From positions 1 to 64,000 of IMG/VR virus record IMGVR_UViG_2918987250_000001: 64,000 bases of DNA, one strand, 5' to 3'. This document shows positions 59,945 through 64,000 of the stretch, in pieces (position 1 is the first letter of the stretch; each line of letters begins with the position of its first letter). The notes under the pieces were generated by a model that worked only from the letters and a program-made list of their open reading frames with translations, searched no databases and was not told where the DNA came from. The position numbers were made by a program, and so were the translations under genes. Source of the stretch: a virus (lineage: Duplodnaviria > Caudoviricetes).

Positions 59945-62900
59945 CTTCGTAAGCTCGATAATGGAAAGGTTCATCCCCTCGGCGTAACCGGTCGAGGATT
60001 CGATCGTGTAGGAGTGGTAGCCCGGCCCCGGCTGGTGGACCACCTCGATCGGCGTGGTGCCCCAGTAGTAGTTCAGGAACCGGTCCATCCAGAAGTTCTG
60101 GGCGACCGTGGCGATGATCCAACGCCGGCTGCCGTCGTTGTCCGGGTTGAAGTAGATGTGCAGGTAGCCGGCGGACCGCGAGCCCCAGTTGGTGTTCGGG
60201 TTGTTCTGAGCGATGCCCCGGATCTGGAGCTTGGCCTCGTGCGAGCGCACGCCAACGCCGAGCACCTGCGCGCCGCCCGCACCCCAAGAGCCGGCAAGGG
60301 CCTGCGAGACCGCGCCGTTCTTGATGTTCGCCATATCGACTTCGAGGTAGCCGATCTTGGCCGAGGTGATGGCGCCGTTCTCGATCTTGGCGTTGTTGAT
60401 ACTGGCGTCGTCGATCATCGCGCGGGTGACGCGCAGGTCGCGGATGTAGGCGGCCGCAATCGAGGCGCCGTGCTGATCGACCTGCATGACGTGGTTGCCG
60501 TCGGGCGCGCGGATGATGAGGCCGTGCCGGCCGTCGTCACCCTCGCCCCAGAAGCGGCCGATGTTGCCGATCGACACCATCTCCGTGCCGGACGGTGCGA
60601 AGACGCGCATCATCCGGGTCGGCACGTCGAGCGAGAACCGCGGCGAGCCGATGTAGATCGCGCTGGAAACCGTGATGGTGCCCGCACCGATCTTGTCGGC
60701 CGTGACCTGATGGGCGCCGATGTGCTCAGCCTTGATGGCGCCGGCGGCGATCTTGTCGGCCTGGATGGCGCCGGCCGAGATCTCGTTGGCCGTGATCGTG
60801 CCCGTCTGAATGCGCGTGCCATCGATGATGGTCGAGCCCTTCAGGACGTTCAGCCCGAGGTAGCCGGAGTAGAACGCCATCGGCACAGCGTCCGGGTGCG
60901 CGTAGTCCCGGTTCCAGCCGCCGTTGCCGTCGTTCGACCAGTCGAGGTAGCCCCGACCCTTGAACCAGGTGACACCGAGCCAGCCGTTCCAGCCGACGGA
61001 GCCGGCGGCGATGGCCGTGTGCTGCTGGTTGCCGTTGTCATCGACCCAGGCGATGTGGCCCGAGGTCCAGGACAGCAGGCTGTCGGACTTGCGCGCCGTG
61101 AACTCGATGCCGAGGATCGTGAGCCCGCGGGCGCCGACCTTCAGCGAGTTGGCGGCGATCGAGTTGGCGGCGATGTAGCCGCCGTTCATCTGCGTGTTGT
61201 TGGGGCCGCCCAGCCAGGTCGTGAGCGAGTTTCCGCCCCCGATCTGGATGCGGTCGGCATAGATCGAGTTCGCGGCGATGTAGTCGCCCGTCAGGGTGTA
61301 GAAGGCGATCTGGTTGGCCGTGATCGTGTGCGCGGCGATCTTGTCGGCCGTGATGGTGCCGGCGATGACCTTTTCGGCATGCAGCGAGTTGGTCGCGACG
61401 ATGCCGCCGTCGATCACCGTCGAGGAGTTCGGGCTCCACGGCGAGAAAGCGCTCTGGTTGGCGTGCGCGTTGCCGAGGTAGAGGCCGGTCCAGAAGGTGT
61501 AGGGATCGACGCCACCATTCCAGGTGGTCCGGCAGATCGGCACCATCGTGACAGCGGTCGCCGGCGCGACGCCGAACACGGCCGAGCGCGGCCAGTTCGA
61601 GAGCACGCCGTTGGCGCCATTGGTCTCGAGCGTGTTGCCCCAGGCGATGCCGACTTCCTGGCCGGCCGCGTTGAGGAACTGGATCGCGACGGTCGCCTGG
61701 CAGCGGTGGACCGAGACGTAGGCCGAGAGCTCGTAGCGCCGGCCCGGCACGCACGGATAGTTGTTGACCCAGTCCGTCTGCGTGCGACGGCGCAGCACGT
61801 AGTCCGCGACCGAGCCGAAGCCCGGCGTGCCCGGACGGTGGACCATCGCCGAGCCCATGCCGGTCGGCGCCCAGTCACCGTTCCGGGAGACCGTCGGGGC
61901 GACACCGTCGCTCCACCAGTTCGCGACCCAGCCGCCGAGATTGTTCGTGAAGTCGGAGCCGAACAGCAGGTTGCCGTTACCGAGGCCCACGCCGATCTTG
62001 TCGGCCGTGATGGCGCCGGCCGCGATCTGCGCCGCCTGGATGGCGCCGGCCATGATCTGAGCGGACGTGATCGAATTGGCGACGATCCGGTCGGCCTGGA
62101 TCGAGTTCGCGCGGATCTCGTTGCCGGTGAGCGTGCCGAAGGCGATGTTCTCGGCAGCGATCGTCCGGGCGGCGATCTGGCCCGCGGTGATCGAGTAGGC
62201 GACGATATGCCGGGCCTCGATCGCGCTCGCGCTGACATGGATGGCGCGGATCGCGTTCGCGCCGATCTGGTCGGCCGTGATCGAGTTGGCGATCAGACGG
62301 TCGGCGTGAACCGAGCCAGCCTGGATCTGGGCGGACGTGATCGTGCCGGCGACGATGTGCCAGGCCGCGATCTGGTTGGCGGCGATGTTGGTCGCCGTCA
62401 GCGAGTAGGCCGCGACCTCGTAGGCGGTGATCGCGCCAGCGGCGATGTTGCCGGCCTGGATCGAGCGGAACGCGAGGTTCTCACCCGTGATGGTGCGAGC
62501 GGCGATCTCGCCGGCCGTGATCGTCCCCGCGATCAGGTTCGACGCGGAGATCGTGCGGCCCGCGATGCGGTCGCCCGTGATCGCACCGGCCATGATCTCG
62601 CCGGCGGTGATGGTGCCGGCCACGAGGTTGGCAGCCGTGATGGACCGGGCCGCGATGTTGGTGCCGGTGATGGTGTTGGCGGCGATGAGGTTGCCCGTCA
62701 GCGTGCCGACGGCGATCTGGTCGGCCGTGATGGCGCGCGCGGCGATCTGCTGAGCGGTGATCGAGTAGGCGATCAGGCGATCGGCATGGACCGAGCCGGC
62801 CTGGATCTGCGGCGACGCGATGGCGCCGTCGGTGATCTGGACGCGGGTGATCTTGCCGGCGAGCTTGCCGACGCCGACGGACGCGATCTGTCCATCGACC

Positions 62901-64000
62901 ACCTGGCCGATGAGCTTCGAGGCCTCGATGCCGGCGAGCTGGGCGGCCGTGAGCTGGCCCGCGAGCTGCGCGGCGTTGATGCTCTCGATCTGCGCAGCCG
63001 TCAGCTTGCCGATCAGCTTCGTGGCTTCGATCGCCTCGAGCTGGGCGGCCGTCAGCCTGCCGATCAGCTTCGTTGCCTCGATGGCCTCGAGCTGGCTCGC
63101 CTTGAGCTGACCGATGAGCTGGTTGACGCCCAGGCTCTCGATCTGGTCGGCGACGACCTTGCCGATGAGCTTGTTGGTCGAGATCGCCTCGAGCTGCTCG
63201 TCGGAGAGCTGGCCGGCGACCTTCGCGGCGTCGATCGCCGCGATCATCTCGTCGGTGATGAGGCCCTTGATGTCATCGACCGACACCTCGGCGATGACGA
63301 GCTCCCACTTGCCGTTCGTCAGCCGGTAGAGCTTGCCGTCTTCCTCGTTGGCGATGATCGTCGGGCCGTCGTAGCCGGCGACCGGCGGCAGACCCTTGGA
63401 CGTGCCGATGAGCGTCAGCCCGCGAGCAAAGCTCGTCTGGTCGAGAATGCCGGCCGCGATCTCCTGCTTGGTGATCTGCGGGGCGACGGCGCGGGCCGGG
63501 CCGACGAAGACCTTGCTCTCGGCATCCGACGTGTTGACCGTGCGGGCGAAGTAGAAGCGCTCGCCCGAGACCTGGAGCGTCGTGTCCCAGAAGGACTGCT
63601 GCCCCTTGCCGGCGCGGCCGATCAGCCGGCGCTCGCCGGCCACGGTGTCGGCCGCCCACAGTTCGACGTAGGCGAGATCGACCTGCTTCGGGTCCACCCA
63701 CGACAGGGAGACGGCGCCGAAGGTAGCCTCGGCCTCGAACTTCGTGACCGGGTCGGGCGGGACCTCGTTCTTGGCGAGGACGATCTCCTCGATCTCGGAC
63801 CAGCCGCTCGGGTAGCCCGAGGTGTTGAGCGCGCGCACGCGCACCTGGAGGATCTCGCCGGCCGGCAGGCGCGAGCGCTCCCACTTGGCGTCCAGCACCG
63901 GGTCGCGCGCCCAGGAGAGGTCCTGCTTGCGCTTGAACTCGATCTCGTAGCTCGCGAAGTTCGGGCTCGGGTTCGCATCCCACTCGGCGATCACGCGGGC
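59942..64000 (-). CDS. Tail tip / host-specificity protein (J-like), 5'-partial
   Basis: Fibronectin III domains, 13-aa QL..IEA.KLIG repeats, 10-aa ITA..I.A.. repeats; open to the window edge. Confidence 0.85.
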   Translation of the reverse strand, partial: ARVIAEWDANPSPNFASYEIEFKRKQDLSWARDPVLDAKWERSRLPAGEILQVRVRALNTSGYPSGWSEIEEIVLAKNEVPPDPVTKFEAEATFGAVSLSWVDPKQVDLAYVELWAADTVAGERRLIGRAGKGQQSFWDTTLQVSGERFYFARTVNTSDAESKVFVGPARAVAPQITKQEIAAGILDQTSFARGLTLIGTSKGLPPVAGYDGPTIIANEEDGKLYRLTNGKWELVIAEVSVDDIKGLITDEMIAAIDAAKVAGQLSDEQLEAISTNKLIGKVVADQIESLGVNQLIGQLKASQLEAIEATKLIGRLTAAQLEAIEATKLIGKLTAAQIESINAAQLAGQLTAAQLAGIEASKLIGQVVDGQIASVGVGKLAGKITRVQITDGAIASPQIQAGSVHADRLIAYSITAQQIAARAITADQIAVGTLTGNLIAANTITGTNIAARSITAANLVAGTITAGEIMAGAITGDRIAGRTISASNLIAGTITAGEIAARTITGENLAFRSIQAGNIAAGAITAYEVAAYSLTATNIAANQIAAWHIVAGTITSAQIQAGSVHADRLIANSITADQIGANAIRAIHVSASAIEARHIVAYSITAGQIAARTIAAENIAFGTLTGNEIRANSIQADRIVANSITSAQIMAGAIQAAQIAAGAITADKIGVGLGNGNLLFGSDFTNNLGGWVANWWSDGVAPTVSRNGDWAPTGMGSAMVHRPGTPGFGSVADYVLRRRTQTDWVNNYPCVPGRRYELSAYVSVHRCQATVAIQFLNAAGQEVGIAWGNTLETNGANGVLSNWPRSAVFGVAPATAVTMVPICRTTWNGGVDPYTFWTGLYLGNAHANQSAFSPWSPNSSTVIDGGIVATNSLHAEKVIAGTITADKIAAHTITANQIAFYTLTGDYIAANSIYADRIQIGGGNSLTTWLGGPNNTQMNGGYIAANSIAANSLKVGARGLTILGIEFTARKSDSLLSWTSGHIAWVDDNGNQQHTAIAAGSVGWNGWLGVTWFKGRGYLDWSNDGNGGWNRDYAHPDAVPMAFYSGYLGLNVLKGSTIIDGTRIQTGTITANEISAGAIQADKIAAGAIKAEHIGAHQVTADKIGAGTITVSSAIYIGSPRFSLDVPTRMMRVFAPSGTEMVSIGNIGRFWGEGDDGRHGLIIRAPDGNHVMQVDQHGASIAAAYIRDLRVTRAMIDDASINNAKIENGAITSAKIGYLEVDMANIKNGAVSQALAGSWGAGGAQVLGVGVRSHEAKLQIRGIAQNNPNTNWGSRSAGYLHIYFNPDNDGSRRWIIATVAQNFWMDRFLNYYWGTTPIEVVHQPGPGYHSYTIESSTGYAEGMNLSIIELTK

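Noticed and set aside
51635-64000. Diversity-generating retroelement or invertible tail-fibre cassette
   Set aside because: No reverse transcriptase, invertase or TR/VR pair seen; the repeats are ordinary protein-level repeats.

Overview
High-GC window that reads as part of a large temperate phage-plasmid of an alphaproteobacterium (probably Rhizobiales). Its gene set and order resemble the SSU5/pHCM2 and RHEph10 types; this assignment is inferred from gene content, not from a search. Almost all genes are on the minus strand. Left to right: small hypotheticals; a DEDDh exonuclease; rIIB/rIIA; nucleotide metabolism (kinase, dUTPase, ThyX, class II RNR); RuvC, SbcC/SbcD, ASCH, RecA, 5'-3' exonuclease, an HNH, gp32-like SSB, UvsY-like and a DnaE-UDG fusion; a sigma-like gene; a CobS/CobT-like AAA+/vWA pair; a lower-GC control and maintenance island (three HTH genes, dif-like sites, RHH gene, ctRNA-like element, orphan repC); two tRNAs; ligase, WGR protein, primase, helicase, Hfq-like protein and PhoH; then tail fibre, lysis cassette and a partial tail-tip gene. 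Six overlaid patterns stand out. (1) Five otherwise unrelated proteins end in the same (N/S)(P/D)xWG[ST]W tag. (2) About 25 copies of an 18-bp palindrome TAAGTCAG-NN-CTGACTTA. (3) About 10 promoter-like AACCCG-N10-GCTATA elements. (4) Nine phased octamer (TTGGCG[GC]N) arrays. (5) CC/GG-free windows at the promoters and inside sbcC and dnaE. (6) About 16 replication-side proteins ending in Ala-Ala. All coordinates were counted by hand and may be off by a few bases.
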